Shown: positions 45,371 to 56,500 of the stretch, piece by piece | Numbering within the stretch: position 1 is the stretch's first letter | Layout of the letters: each line of letters starts with the position of its first letter | Origin: Ostreococcus lucimarinus | Lineage: Eukaryota | Length of the DNA: 64,000 bases | Reading direction: 5' to 3' (one strand) | Assembly: GCA_000092065.1 (NCBI GenBank) | Contig: CP000589.1 | Notes under the pieces: model-generated | What the model was told of the DNA's origin: nothing | The model's database searches: none | The model's input: the letters and a program-made list of their open reading frames with translations, nothing else | Program-made: the position numbers and the translations under genes

Positions 45371-46369
45371 ATGGCGACCGAGCTCGCGAGCGCCGAGGCG
45401 TACGACGCGTGGATCGCGGCGAACGCGCGCGGGATCGTGCACTTCTGGGCGCCGTGGTGCGAGCCGTGCGCGGCGATGGACGTGCTGCTGGAGACGCTCG
45501 CGAAAAGGCACCCGGACGTGGCGATCGCGAGGTGCGACGCGGAGGCGGTGGAGGCGGTCGCGGCGCGCGAAAACGTGAGCGCGGTGCCGTTCTTCGTGTT
45601 CGCGCGCGATGGAAGACGCGTGGACGCGGTGGAGGGAGCGGACGCGGCGACGGTGACGAATAAGACGCGACAGTACTTTCCGGCGAACGCGAACGCGACG
45701 ACGACGACGAACGCGGCGATGGCGAAGGCGAGCGGGACGACGGATTTAAAGACGCGATTGAAGAGCCTGATCGAATCGCAGCCCGTGGTGTTGTTCATGA
45801 AGGGTCACCCCGAAGAGCCGAAGTGTGGGTTCAGTCGTAAAGTCGTCGACGCGTTGGCGGCTGCGAATGTGAAATTCGGTTCGTTCAACATCTTAGCCGA
45901 CGAGGAGGTGCGGCAAGGGCTGAAAGAACACGCCGATTGGCCGACGTATCCGATGTTGTTCGTCGACGGTGAGTTTGTCGGTGGATGCGACATCGTCTTG
46001 GAGATGGCGGAGGCGGGCGAGCTCGCCGAGGCGTGCGCGGCGTCGAACGGCAAAGTGAAGAACGCTCTGGACGAGCGCATCAAGAGCATGCTCGGCGCGC
46101 AAGACGTCATCCTGTTCATGAAGGGATCGCGCGAGGCGCCGCGATGCGGCTTTTCCGCAAAAGTCGTCAGCGCGTTGAACGCGACTGGCGTCGACTACGA
46201 AACGTTTGACATTCTCGGCGACGAACCGATTCGTCAGGGACTCAAGGCGTATTCCAATTGGCCCACGTACCCGCAACTGTACTACAAATCCGAACTCATC
46301 GGCGGATGCGACATCATTCTCGAGCTCGCCGAATCCGGCGAACTCGCGAGCGAGCTCGGCGTTAAATAG
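45371..46369 (+). CDS. GRX3: Glutaredoxin 3 / PICOT-type protein (Trx-like domain + two monothiol CGFS Grx domains), 332 aa
   Basis: ATG at 45371. The Trx-like domain has WAPWCEPC. The two monothiol domains are VVLFMKGHPEEPKCGFS...WPTYPMLFVDGEFVGGCDI and VILFMKGSREAPRCGFS...WPTYPQLYYKSELIGGCDI. Confidence 0.92.
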   Translation: MATELASAEAYDAWIAANARGIVHFWAPWCEPCAAMDVLLETLAKRHPDVAIARCDAEAVEAVAARENVSAVPFFVFARDGRRVDAVEGADAATVTNKTRQYFPANANATTTTNAAMAKASGTTDLKTRLKSLIESQPVVLFMKGHPEEPKCGFSRKVVDALAAANVKFGSFNILADEEVRQGLKEHADWPTYPMLFVDGEFVGGCDIVLEMAEAGELAEACAASNGKVKNALDERIKSMLGAQDVILFMKGSREAPRCGFSAKVVSALNATGVDYETFDILGDEPIRQGLKAYSNWPTYPQLYYKSELIGGCDIILELAESGELASELGVK

Positions 46370-46447
46370 CAGGCGTCGTCGCGACGATGCGTATTATATC
46401 TCTCTCTCCACACTAAAACTCCCTACGTCGCGCTACGTCGCGTCCGC

Positions 46448-47047
46448 CTAAACTACTCCCTCCTCGCTCTCGCGCGCGAAAATCATGTGCGTGCTCTCGT
46501 CCTCATCGTAATTCAAAGCTTCAAAGAATCCGACCAACCGTCTCGGCGCGCGAACGCCGACGTCGTAAATCTCCCGCTCTCTCAACGTCTCACCGAGCGC
46601 GCGCACGATCGCGCCGCCCACTCCCCTCCCTCGCCACTCCTCTCGCACGCACACGCGCTCCACCGTCGCGACGAACGCCCCGTCGGACGCGCACGCCGCG
46701 TATCCGACCAACGCGCCGCTCTCCCTCGCGAACGCCCCCGCGAACGTTCGCTGCGCCTCGGGCGCCGCGATCGCCCGCTCGATCGCGCGCGCGTCCCACG
46801 TCGACGCGCGCGCGTCCTCGCACGCCGCCATCGCGTCCACGACCGCGCGCGCGCGCAGCTCCGCCTCCGTCAGCGCGCGACACTCGACGAGCGCGAGCGC
46901 CTCGCGGTGTCGTCTTCGCGCGCGCGCCGCGCCGTCGTCGCGCGCGAGACCGAGCCAGCGCGCGAGCGACGCGCGCGGCGGCGTCCTCGCGCGCGCGCGC
47001 CGCGCGCGCGCTGCGCCGCGCGCGTCGAGCGCGCGCGCCGCGCGCAT
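46448..47047 (-). CDS. GNAT-family N-acetyltransferase, 199 aa
   Basis: ATG at 47047 (MRAARALDARG). The acetyl-CoA binding motif A is VCVREEWRGRGVGGAIVRAL. The track extension to 47746 is antisense to the Ca-ATPase gene. Confidence 0.75.
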   Translation of the reverse strand: MRAARALDARGAARARRARARTPPRASLARWLGLARDDGAARARRRHREALALVECRALTEAELRARAVVDAMAACEDARASTWDARAIERAIAAPEAQRTFAGAFARESGALVGYAACASDGAFVATVERVCVREEWRGRGVGGAIVRALGETLREREIYDVGVRAPRRLVGFFEALNYDEDESTHMIFARESEEGVV

Positions 47048-47221
47048 GTCTGCCGAGCCCCCCTCGACGAATCTCGACGAATCGGCGACGCGCGGCGCCG
47101 CACAGCGCGACGCCGTCCATCCCTCGCGGTCACCCGCGGTCGCGCGCGCGTCGCGCGTCGCGCGGCGAACGGCGAACGGCGCCGCGGCGACGAGACGCGG
47201 CGGCGCGGGACGAATCTTCGC

Positions 47222-47250
47222 GCGAAACGAAACGAATCGAATCGAATCGA
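47222..47250. repeat. (CGAAA)2(CGAAT)3 pentanucleotide repeat in the GNAT/Ca-ATPase divergent spacer
   Basis: The sequence is cgaaacgaaacgaatcgaatcgaatcgat, 44 nt upstream of the ATG at 47294. Confidence 0.85.
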
Positions 47251-47293
47251 TCGCGAACGATCGACGACGCGCGCCGACGCGGAGTCGCGCGCG

Positions 47294-50200
47294 ATGACGG
47301 GCGTGAACGCGGCGACGTTCGAGGCGTGGGTGACGGATCGAGACGGGAAGGCGCTCGCGAGCGCGGGCGGCGTCGACGCGATCGCGGCGGCGCTCGGATG
47401 CGATCTGAAGCGCGGTCTGTGCGATCGCGCGTGGGCGTCGGAGGAGCGAAAGGAGAGCTACGGGGTGAATGAGTTCGAATATCCGCCGCCGAAGTCGTTC
47501 TGGGAGCTGTGTAAGGACGCGCTCGGGGACCTGACGGTGCGGATCCTGATCGCGGCGAGCGTGGTGTCGCTCGCGGTGGGCGCGGGGATGAAGAGTCATC
47601 GCGAGGAGTACGGGTACTTGGAGGGGATCGCGATCGTACTCGTCGTTTTCGTCGTCGTGTTCTTGCAAGCGTTCATCGATTACGCCAAGGAGATGAAGTT
47701 TCGACAGTTGAACTCGGTCAAGGATAATTATCAAGTCAAAGTGCATCGCGACGGGAAGAGCGTGGCGGTGCCGGCGGGTGAAATCATGGTCGGTGATTTG
47801 GTGGAGCTCGCGGCGGGGGATAAAGTTCCGGCCGACGCTCTGTTCGTCGAGGGCTCTAAATTTAAGGCGAACGAGGCGGCGATGACGGGCGAACCCATCG
47901 ACATTTCCAAGTCGCGCGAAAAAGACCCTTGGGTGCTTTCGGGGACGTCCATCTCCGAGGGATCGGGTAAGGCGTTGATCATTGCCGTCGGCTCAAGATC
48001 GCAATGGGGCGTCATCCTGAAGACGTTGATCGTCGAACCGAGCGATACGCCGCTTCAGGAGCGGCTCGAGCGACTCGTCCTCCTCATCGGTAACTTCGGC
48101 ATCGGCGCCGCTGTGCTGACTTTCCTCGCGAGCATGATTCGCTGGATCGCCGACAGCGCCAAGAGTGGAAAATGGGACGGTACGCTCGTCCTCGAGTTTC
48201 TCATCAACGCCGTGACGATCGTCGTGGTCGCGATTCCGGAGGGTTTGCCTCTTGCAATTACTCTCGGCTTGGCGTTCGCCATGCGAAAAATGATGGCGGA
48301 CCAGAATCTCGTGCGTCGCTTGGAGGCGTGTGAAACCATGGGAAGCGCCACGCAGCTCAACGCAGACAAAACCGGTACGTTGACACAGAACAGGATGACG
48401 GTCACCGCGTGCTGGCTCGGCGGCAAAGTTTGCGAGCAAGTTCCGCCACCGAGCGTGAGCGAAACCTTCTCGGACACGCTCTGCCAATCCATGGCGGTTA
48501 ACTCTGACGCCAACTTGAGCTACAAAGATAACGGCACGGTGGAACACCTCGGCAGTAAAACTGAGTGTGCCTTGCTTCAGCTCGTCGAGCAGATGCAGCC
48601 GCCTACCGACGACACGCAGACGTACATTAAGCTTCGCGAAAAGTTTCCCGTTGCGCAACTGTACCATTTTACTTCGGCGCGTAAGCGTATGTCCACCGCC
48701 ATTTCGAATGGCTCGGGCACGCGTTTGCACGTCAAGGGTGCGTCTGAGATTGTCGTCAAGCTGTGTACGAAGATGATGGGCGCGGATGGCAAGGTTTCGT
48801 CTCTCACAACGCCCATGCTCAAGGAGGCAGAGGCGGCGATTGAAGCCTTTGCGCGTCAAGGTTTGCGCACGCTGTGCATCGCGTACACCGATCTCGGGAA
48901 GTCACCGAGTAGTCTCGGTGAAACGCCGCCGGAGAGCGATCTCACGTTGCTCGGAATCATGGGCATCAAGGATCCGATTCGCCCCGAAACTGCCGAAGCG
49001 GTGCGCTTGCTACGCGGCGCGGGCGTGACGGTCCGTATGGTCACCGGCGATAACGCCATCACCGCCGAAGCTATCGCGCGAGAGGCAGGTATTCTCGAAG
49101 ATGGCGATGATGGTCTCGTGCTTGAGGGTCCAGATTTCCGTAAGATGTCTGATGCGGAGAAGGAAGCCATCGCCATGCGCATTCGCGTCCTCGCGCGTTC
49201 CTCGCCGTCTGACAAGTTGGTTCTGTGCAACTTGCAAAGAAAACTCGGTGAGGTGGTCGCCGTGACGGGGGACGGTACCAACGACGCTCCGGCACTCAAA
49301 GATGCGGACGTCGGGTTCGCCCTCGGCATCGCTGGCACCGAAATTGCGAAGGAGGCGTGCGACATTGTCATTCTCGATGACAACATCAAGTCCATGGCCA
49401 AGGCCGTGCTTTGGGGTCGTAACGTCTACCAATCGATTCGCAAATTTTTGCAGTTTCAACTCGTCGTCAACGTCGTGGCGGTCAGCTTGAACTTGATCGC
49501 CGCCATCGCGGGCATCAAAGAGCTGCCGCTCGCTGCGGTTCCATTGCTATGGGTGAACATGATCATGGACTCGATGGGCGCCCTCGCGCTCGCCACGGAG
49601 CCTCCGTCACCGGAGCTCATGAAGCGTAAGCCTTTCGGGCGCACGGCGCCTCTCATCAATAAACACATGTGGCGCAACATCATCGGCGTGTCCGTGTATC
49701 AATTGACCGTGTGCATGGTTTTCATGTTCGACGGGAAGAGGCTCCTCGACATTCCGTGCAAGTACGTCGCGGCGTCGGGATCAGTGGCGGCGCACTACGA
49801 TTGCCATCATCAAACGTTGGAGCTGAATGGTTTCATATTCAACGCATTTGTCTTCATGCAAGTGTTTTCTGAAATCAATTCTCGACGCATCGCCGATGTG
49901 AATGTCTTCGCGAACATTCACAACTCGCCCATTTTCTGCGGCATCATCGCGCTCACCGTCGGTGTGCAAGTGCTCTTCATTCAAGCCGTCGGCGGCACCG
50001 TAGTTGGTCCGGCGATCGGATTTGTTGAGCAAAACACAAAGGAGTGGATCACCGCGATCATTCTCGGTGTCATCATCCTCCCCGTGGGCGTAGTCACGAG
50101 ACTGTTACCCTTGAAATGGTTCCCCGGGATCACGGATGAAGAGAGCAACGCGCGCGCCATGGCGGAAGGCCACGCTCGTGTGGCTGCGGCGCAAGCCAGA

Positions 50201-50449
50201 GTGACGAGCGAAGCCAAGGACGTCGCCATCAGCATGCCATCCATGGACCGCCGTGCGTCCATGGAGCGACGTGGTTTGGCCGGTATCACCGAAAAAGTCG
50301 TCGGCTCGCGTTTGAGCTCTCGTCAAAGTCGTCTCTCCGACGTCTCGGATTCGAGCGCGCCCATTCGACGAGAAAAGTCATTTAAAGTCTTCGCGCACGC
50401 CGTCATCGCGGCGAACAGGCTTCAGCAAAAGCCCGGCGCCAGCAAGTAA
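47294..50449 (+). CDS. P-type IIB (PMCA-type) Ca2+-transporting ATPase, 1051 aa
   Basis: ATG at 47294 (MTGVNAATFEAW). Motifs: AAMTGEP, PEGLPLA, DKTGTLTQNRM (phospho-Asp), MVTGDN, VAVTGDGTNDAPALK. The N-terminal GVDAIAAALGCDLKRGL is the Cation_ATPase_N type. Confidence 0.93.
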   Translation: MTGVNAATFEAWVTDRDGKALASAGGVDAIAAALGCDLKRGLCDRAWASEERKESYGVNEFEYPPPKSFWELCKDALGDLTVRILIAASVVSLAVGAGMKSHREEYGYLEGIAIVLVVFVVVFLQAFIDYAKEMKFRQLNSVKDNYQVKVHRDGKSVAVPAGEIMVGDLVELAAGDKVPADALFVEGSKFKANEAAMTGEPIDISKSREKDPWVLSGTSISEGSGKALIIAVGSRSQWGVILKTLIVEPSDTPLQERLERLVLLIGNFGIGAAVLTFLASMIRWIADSAKSGKWDGTLVLEFLINAVTIVVVAIPEGLPLAITLGLAFAMRKMMADQNLVRRLEACETMGSATQLNADKTGTLTQNRMTVTACWLGGKVCEQVPPPSVSETFSDTLCQSMAVNSDANLSYKDNGTVEHLGSKTECALLQLVEQMQPPTDDTQTYIKLREKFPVAQLYHFTSARKRMSTAISNGSGTRLHVKGASEIVVKLCTKMMGADGKVSSLTTPMLKEAEAAIEAFARQGLRTLCIAYTDLGKSPSSLGETPPESDLTLLGIMGIKDPIRPETAEAVRLLRGAGVTVRMVTGDNAITAEAIAREAGILEDGDDGLVLEGPDFRKMSDAEKEAIAMRIRVLARSSPSDKLVLCNLQRKLGEVVAVTGDGTNDAPALKDADVGFALGIAGTEIAKEACDIVILDDNIKSMAKAVLWGRNVYQSIRKFLQFQLVVNVVAVSLNLIAAIAGIKELPLAAVPLLWVNMIMDSMGALALATEPPSPELMKRKPFGRTAPLINKHMWRNIIGVSVYQLTVCMVFMFDGKRLLDIPCKYVAASGSVAAHYDCHHQTLELNGFIFNAFVFMQVFSEINSRRIADVNVFANIHNSPIFCGIIALTVGVQVLFIQAVGGTVVGPAIGFVEQNTKEWITAIILGVIILPVGVVTRLLPLKWFPGITDEESNARAMAEGHARVAAAQARVTSEAKDVAISMPSMDRRASMERRGLAGITEKVVGSRLSSRQSRLSDVSDSSAPIRREKSFKVFAHAVIAANRLQQKPGASK

Positions 50450-50596
50450 TCACTCCTTCTTGAGTTTCGTGTTCTAGTACATCAGTCAATTTTTATACCA
50501 CGCAATTTCCAGTCCGAGCTCTCGCGTCTCTGACGACAACTGTTTCCGCCCAACCGTCTGTTTCTGATTCCCGCATTCCGAGGCGGGCGACGCGGC

Positions 50597-52120
50597 ATGC
50601 GCGTCCCCGCGCGCGATGGGATCAAGCGCGTAATCATCATCGCCTTCTTCTTCGCCGCATCCGCCGTGGAATTCGGCACGTATCCCGTCGCGTCCGTCGT
50701 CGAGTTTCGCGTGCAGGCGCCCAGATTTCCGACGAGTTCGCACCGGAAAAGCTTTCTGAGCGCGCGCGCGCGCGAGCGAGCCACCGCGACGGCATCCGCG
50801 ACGCGATTCGGAGAAGCGTTCGGGTATTCGTGGACCGTAGAGGCGCGTACGCGCGAGACGGACGGTCGGAATGAGGTGGAGGTACGGGCGGCGAGAACGC
50901 GAGGACTCGGGCTGACGTCGACGCGAATGTTCGCGTTCACGGTCGTGACGCGCACGGGAGTATCTGCGCAAAGCATGCGAGATAGACTTGTCGGGACGAG
51001 CGGGCGCGAATTGCCGACGTCGGCGCACATTGAGCAGTCGCTGGTGGAGTCGACGCTGTCGACGGCGGAGTTGACGAAGATCCCGGGGGCGTCTGGGGAA
51101 CATGGCGATGTAGACCTCGTGATACGCGTGCGTTTGTGGAGTAATCCGTTTCACGTGGTGTTCAAGGACGAGGTGTACGATGTGGCGACGATTTTGGGGT
51201 TGACGACGTACGCCAGCGTGTTAATTTTACGCGGGCTGTCTGAGTTGCGAGACGAACGCGAGAGGCGCCGAGCGGCGAGGAAAGTTCGATTGATGCGTTC
51301 GGAGATTGCGCAATTAGAATCAGTGGCGAACGAAAAGGCGGACAAGCTGCGCATCTTGTCGGCTATTGCACGAGTCCCATTTGTCGCGGTGTTTGAGACG
51401 GTTCAAATTCCAATGAGAGTCGTCGACTGGACCGCGTCTGCCATCTCTGACATTCTCATCGAGACGGCAAATTTGGTGCTGATTGTCATCTTACTTTTGA
51501 TGCCCCCGTCGCGCGAAAACGCGCCGATGGCTTCAAGCGAGAATCACGCGAAGCAGGCGACGGGTTCGAAGCATAATCGAAAACATCGTCAAAGACCGCC
51601 GCGCTCGCCGAAACGCAGAAGTGAACTCGACCCCAAGAGCGAGCACGCTCGTAAAGAGTCGATGGACATATTACTGAAACGTTTCGTCATTGCCGAGGAA
51701 GACATGGACGAGGAACGTCAGCGCGCGGCGAAAGATGCGATCGGTCATGCCCAGGCGCAGATGCGCGCGAAAATGAAGCGCGATCGAATCACCGACATGC
51801 GGCTGAGAGATTCAAAGCAGCGTGAAGGTGAAGATTTCGCGGCGGAACTTTTCGCCAATGTCCCAGGCTTATCCGTAGGCACGCGCGACATGAGACCAAT
51901 GTCGTCATCTTCATCGGACACGCACGAGCGCCAGGCGAGCTGGGAGCTGCACAATCGTCAAAAAAGCTTAATTCACCACATGCTGCAAGAAATCGACGGT
52001 TTGGAACTGCCGCCGGATTCCAAAACAACCGTACCGATCGAAGAACCGGTGACGCCGAAGAGCTCGCACACCAAAAATCCAAGCTTTGCTCGCGTATGGA
52101 ATGCCCCGACGGGGTTCTAG
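50597..52120 (+). CDS. Hypothetical membrane protein, 507 aa
   Basis: ATG at 50597. N-terminal hydrophobic VIIIAFFFAASAV, plus internal TM-like stretches LGLTTYASVLIL and LVLIVILLLM. The C-terminal half is basic and acidic. No family recognised. Competing minus-strand ORFs are Arg-rich. Confidence 0.6.
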   Translation: MRVPARDGIKRVIIIAFFFAASAVEFGTYPVASVVEFRVQAPRFPTSSHRKSFLSARARERATATASATRFGEAFGYSWTVEARTRETDGRNEVEVRAARTRGLGLTSTRMFAFTVVTRTGVSAQSMRDRLVGTSGRELPTSAHIEQSLVESTLSTAELTKIPGASGEHGDVDLVIRVRLWSNPFHVVFKDEVYDVATILGLTTYASVLILRGLSELRDERERRRAARKVRLMRSEIAQLESVANEKADKLRILSAIARVPFVAVFETVQIPMRVVDWTASAISDILIETANLVLIVILLLMPPSRENAPMASSENHAKQATGSKHNRKHRQRPPRSPKRRSELDPKSEHARKESMDILLKRFVIAEEDMDEERQRAAKDAIGHAQAQMRAKMKRDRITDMRLRDSKQREGEDFAAELFANVPGLSVGTRDMRPMSSSSSDTHERQASWELHNRQKSLIHHMLQEIDGLELPPDSKTTVPIEEPVTPKSSHTKNPSFARVWNAPTGF

Positions 52121-52232
52121 CCGCCTACCGGCGCATGTATTCTATCATTTATTTCTTGTCATTTTTTCCATGCCCGACATCTCGCCCGACGTGTGCCTCC
52201 CCGCGCTCCGGCGGCACTCATCCTCGCGCGAC

Positions 52233-53246
52233 ATGAGACTTCGCGTGCGCACGCCCGACGGGGCGCAGCACGTTATCGACGCCGACGACGATTGCACGTG
52301 CGGTGCGCTCAAACGCGTCATTCAAGACGCCACCGGCGTCGAAACGCGCGCGCAAAAGTGGAAACTCGGTTTCCCACCGGTCGACGTTGACGTGGACGAT
52401 GAAGCCGCGTTGTGCGCATCGTTGGGCGTACGCGGAGGCGAGACGCTCGCCGTGACGGCGATTGCACTCGAAGACGCGGCGGTGGCGAGTTCTGACGCGA
52501 TGGCGGCGGCGCCGACGACGTACGCGAGCATGGCAAACATGGACGAAGACGAGGCGTTCGCGCGAGCGCTGGCGATGAGCATGAACGAAGGAGTCGACGG
52601 CATCTCGACGTCTACGAGTGATTTCATACGACTGGAGGACATGCACGCAATCAGGCGAGTGATCGCGAGTGACAATAGCTGTTTATTCAACGCCGTCGGG
52701 TACTGTTGCGAGAAGTCTCTTCGCGAGTCGACTCGGCTGAGGAAAGTCATCGTGGACGCCATACGCGCCGATCCGGCGACGTTCGACGAGGCGTTTTTAG
52801 GAAAAGCCCCGACGGAATACGCAGACTGGATTTCCAAGCCGAACAGTTGGGGTGGCCAAGTGGAGCTGTTCATTCTCGCCAAGGCGTTGCGCGTGGAAAT
52901 CGCGGCGTACGACATTCAAACCGAACGCTGCGACGTCTACGGCCAAGACGCCGACTACGAAGACCGTATCATGGTCATTTACGACGGTTTACACTACGAT
53001 TCCATCGTGTTAAACCCATCTTCCATCGGTGCTGACGTCGAGAAAGACGTTTCCCGCGTCCCCGCGTCGACGCCCGCGCTCGCCTCCGTCGCCGCTCTCG
53101 TCCGCTCGCAGCACGCAGCCAAAAAGTTCACCGACACCGCCAATTTCTCTCTCCGCTGTCTCGTCTGCCAGAAAGGTCTCACCGGCCAAGCCGAGGCCGT
53201 GGCGCACGCGAAATCAACCGGGCACGCCAACTTCGGCGAGTATTAA
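52233..53246 (+). CDS. OTU1: OTU-domain deubiquitinase OTU1/YOD1 (UBX-like N-terminus, OTU domain, C-terminal C2H2 zinc finger), 337 aa
   Basis: The ubiquitin-like start MRLRVRTPDGAQHVI parallels yeast and human OTU1/YOD1. The OTU catalytic region is DNSCLFNAVGY (Cys) ... YDGLHYDS (His). The zinc finger is LRCLVCQKGLTGQAEAVAHAKSTGH. In-frame ATGs at 52101 and 52170 are possible alternatives; the track start at 52086 is TTG. Confidence 0.85.
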   Translation: MRLRVRTPDGAQHVIDADDDCTCGALKRVIQDATGVETRAQKWKLGFPPVDVDVDDEAALCASLGVRGGETLAVTAIALEDAAVASSDAMAAAPTTYASMANMDEDEAFARALAMSMNEGVDGISTSTSDFIRLEDMHAIRRVIASDNSCLFNAVGYCCEKSLRESTRLRKVIVDAIRADPATFDEAFLGKAPTEYADWISKPNSWGGQVELFILAKALRVEIAAYDIQTERCDVYGQDADYEDRIMVIYDGLHYDSIVLNPSSIGADVEKDVSRVPASTPALASVAALVRSQHAAKKFTDTANFSLRCLVCQKGLTGQAEAVAHAKSTGHANFGEY

Positions 53247-53493
53247 CCGCGTCGCCTCTTCACGTATGCCTTTCAGTGCGATGTCAATTAGAGCGGTTTT
53301 TGAAATTCTTTTCTTCTGTCCTTCGCGTCGCCATTCGCCGCCGCGCGAACGCCGAACCGCACACGTCCGCGCCTTCGCGCCGACGCACGCGCACCGTCAC
53401 CGCGCATCGCGCGCTCCACCGGCGCGCGCGAGCGTCCGCGCGATTCCGCGACGCGCGCGATCGATCTCCCGCCGAGCGACAGGTTGCAGATTT

Positions 53494-53514
53494 GAAAATC
53501 GCGCGCGCGAAAAC
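53494..53514. promoter_or_regulatory. E2F-like site upstream of SMC3
   Basis: The sequence is gaaaatCGCGCGCGCGAAAAc. The minus strand reads TTTTCGCGCGCGCGATTTTC and contains TTTCGCGC (53505-53512), about 80 nt upstream of the SMC3 ATG. Confidence 0.35.
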
Positions 53515-53591
53515 GCACGGCGACGCGACGACGCGGGACGCGGGCGACGTCGTAGAGCGAAGACACCGCGCGGTTGAACGCGCCGAGCGCG

Positions 53592-56500
53592 ATGCACATC
53601 AAACAAGTGATCGTCGAAGGGTTTAAAACCTACCGCGAACAGACGGTGGTGGATTTCGACGACGGGTTGAATTGCATCGTCGGCGCCAACGGGTCGGGAA
53701 AATCAAACTTGTTTCACGCGATTCGGTTCGTGCTGAGCGATGTGTTCGGGAATTTGCGAGCCGAAGAGAGACAGAGACTGTTGCACGAGGGAGCGGGGCA
53801 CGCGGTGATGTCGGCGTACGTGGAGATTGTGTTCGATAACGCCGACGGACGCTTGCCGGTGGAGCGGGAGGAGGTGCGCCTGCGAAGAAATATTGGTTTG
53901 AAGAAGGATGAATATTATCTCGACAAGAAGCACGTGACGCGCGCTGAAGTGGTTAACTTACTCGAGAGCGCTGGTTTCAGCCGAACGAACCCTTATTACG
54001 TCGTACAACAAGGGAAAATTATGAAGATGGCGACGATGCAAGACGAGGAGCGTTTGGACTTATTGAAGGAGATCGGGGGCACGAGCGTCTTCGAGGCGAA
54101 GCGCAAAGAGTCCCTTAAGGGCTTGGACGAGACTAAATCGAAGCGAGAACAAGTGCAAGAGACCGTTGAGTTCATCGAAAGCCGTCTGGCGGAGCTCGAT
54201 GAGGAGAAAGACGAGTTGCAAAAGTATACCGACTTGGACAAGACGCGACGGTCTTTGGAGTACACCATTTACGAGCAAGACTTGAGTGATGCGAGAAGCA
54301 AATTGGATGAGATTGAGCAACAACGAAGCGCGACGAACGAGTCGAGCCGCGTGGATGACGACAAAATGAACACGATGAGTGAAAACTTGCGCACGCATGA
54401 AAAGGAGCTCAAGGATAGCTCGCGCGCCGCCGCGCAACTGAAGCGCGAGCTCACGACGGCGGAGGAAGAGTTGCGCGGCATCGTCGCCCGACGAACCACC
54501 GCTGAGCTGGACGTGAAAGATTTGCGCGAAACGATTCAAACCGGCGAAGAGTCGTTGGCCGGTATCGCAGGTCAAAAGACGGATGTCGAAAAGGCGACGT
54601 TGGAGACGCAAAAGAAGCTCGACGCTGTGCGTGAAAAGTATAACGCCGAAGTTGCCGTGGAAGAAGCCAAGGATCGTGAAATCGCCGAGATCGAACGTCG
54701 CTCACAAAGCTTGTACCAAAAGCAAGGTCGCAGCGAACGTTTTAAGACGAAGGGTGAACGCGATACGTGGTTGAAGAGCCAAATCAAAGACGCCACCGCG
54801 ACGAAGAAACAAAAGACGAAGGAGGTGGAGACGCTCGAAAATGACTTGAAGGAAATTCGCGCCACGCAATCCAGTGACGAGAAGGACCGCGCTTCCATGG
54901 AAGCCGAACTCATCGTTGAAGAAGAAAAGTTGGCGGATTTCGAGGCGCAGTACAAGAAGGCGATGACGGAGCGAAACGAGGCCCAGAACGCTCGCAAGGA
55001 TCTTCAGCGCAAAGACAACGAGGTCGACAACTCGCTGGCGTCTTGCGAAGAGGAAGTGAAGAAGCGAGACAAGCAGCTCGAGTTTTCTATGCCTCGTGAC
55101 CTTCAACGTGGTATGGCTGCCGTTCAGCGTATCGTCAAGGAACACAACATCGAAGGCGTGCACGGCCCTCTCATCGAGCTCATGGAGACTGACGAGCGAT
55201 TTCACAGCGCTATCGAAGCCAGCGCGGGTAATCAGCTCTTTCACATCGTCGTCGATCATGATGAGATTGGTAGTCGAGTCATCGAGTTCTTGAACAAAGA
55301 GAAAGGTGGTCGTGTTACGTTTTTGCCGCTCAATCGCATGAACCCACCGAACGTTACATACCCCGAAGGCAGTGATGCCTTTCCTCTTCTCTCAAAGCTC
55401 AAGTACGACGCAAAATTTGACGCCGCGTTCAAGCAAGTCTTTGCGCGTGTTTTGATTTGTCGGAACATTGACGTCGCCGTTTCCAAGGCGCTTTCTTCGC
55501 AACTCAACTGTGTCACCATGGATGGGGACACCGTGAGCAACAAAGGTTCCATGAGTGGTGGTTACCAAGACACGAGCCGAAGCCGAATCGCCGCCATGAC
55601 GGCGCTGCGCGAATTGAACGTTAACCGTGATGATCTCAAAGAAACCAGCGCTGGCGTGAAAAAGTCTCTCCAAGCTGCGGAACAAAAGATGTCAGCCGTT
55701 CTCGGTGATATCAGTCGACTCGAGTCGCAAAGACGTCACAGTGCTCAGCGTGTGGATCGATTAAAGCATGAGTTGCGCTTCTACGGAGACACGGGCACGC
55801 GAGCCAGCTCTCTTCTTGAACAGACGGAAAAGAGCATCGCCGTTATGCGAGCTGATATCGAACAAGTGGACACACACATCGCCGATCTGACTAGTGAGAT
55901 CGGTTCGAGTCTGGACGCAACCTTGAGTCAAGCTGAAGTTCAAGAGCTTGAAAAGCTCACCTCTCACGCGACGACGCTCAAGCAAGAAAAAGTCACCATC
56001 GCCGCTCGCCGACTCGACGTGTACACGCAGTTGAGCGAACTCCAGACGGCTCTCGAAACCAACCTGAACCGCCGTGCGAAACGCATCGCCCTGACGTCTG
56101 GCGAACTTGACATCAACAGCTTACGCGCCGAGCTCGCCAAGCTCGAAGGTCAGTTGAAGACGGTGCAAAACGACGAAGCCATCGTGCGTAAAAACTACGA
56201 CGGCATCGCGGAAAAGCTTCGAACGGTGCAAGCGAATATTGAAGCGGCGAATACAGAGATTGAAAAGCTTCGAGCGTTCAAAGAGTCGATGAGCTCGTCT
56301 TTAGGCGAACGTGAAAAGGTCATGGAAACTCTCATGTCCAAGGCTGCGACGCTGTCGCAAAAGCGCGAAGCACTTCAGAAGAAGATTCGAGAACTCGGCT
56401 CGCTTCCATCCGACGCCTTCGACCGTTACCGCGGTGAGTCGCTCAAATCCCTGCACAAGCTGTTGAGCAAAACGAACAACCAGCTGTCCAAGCTCGGTCA

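Noticed and set aside
52086-52232. The upstream extension of the OTU1 ORF (TTG start at 52086; in-frame ATGs at 52101 and 52170).
   Set aside because: The ATG at 52101 overlaps the end of the preceding gene (stop at 52120). The extension is hydrophobic, low-information sequence, whereas MRLRVRTPDG at 52233 matches the ubiquitin-like start of OTU1/YOD1. The ATG at 52170 cannot be excluded without transcript data.
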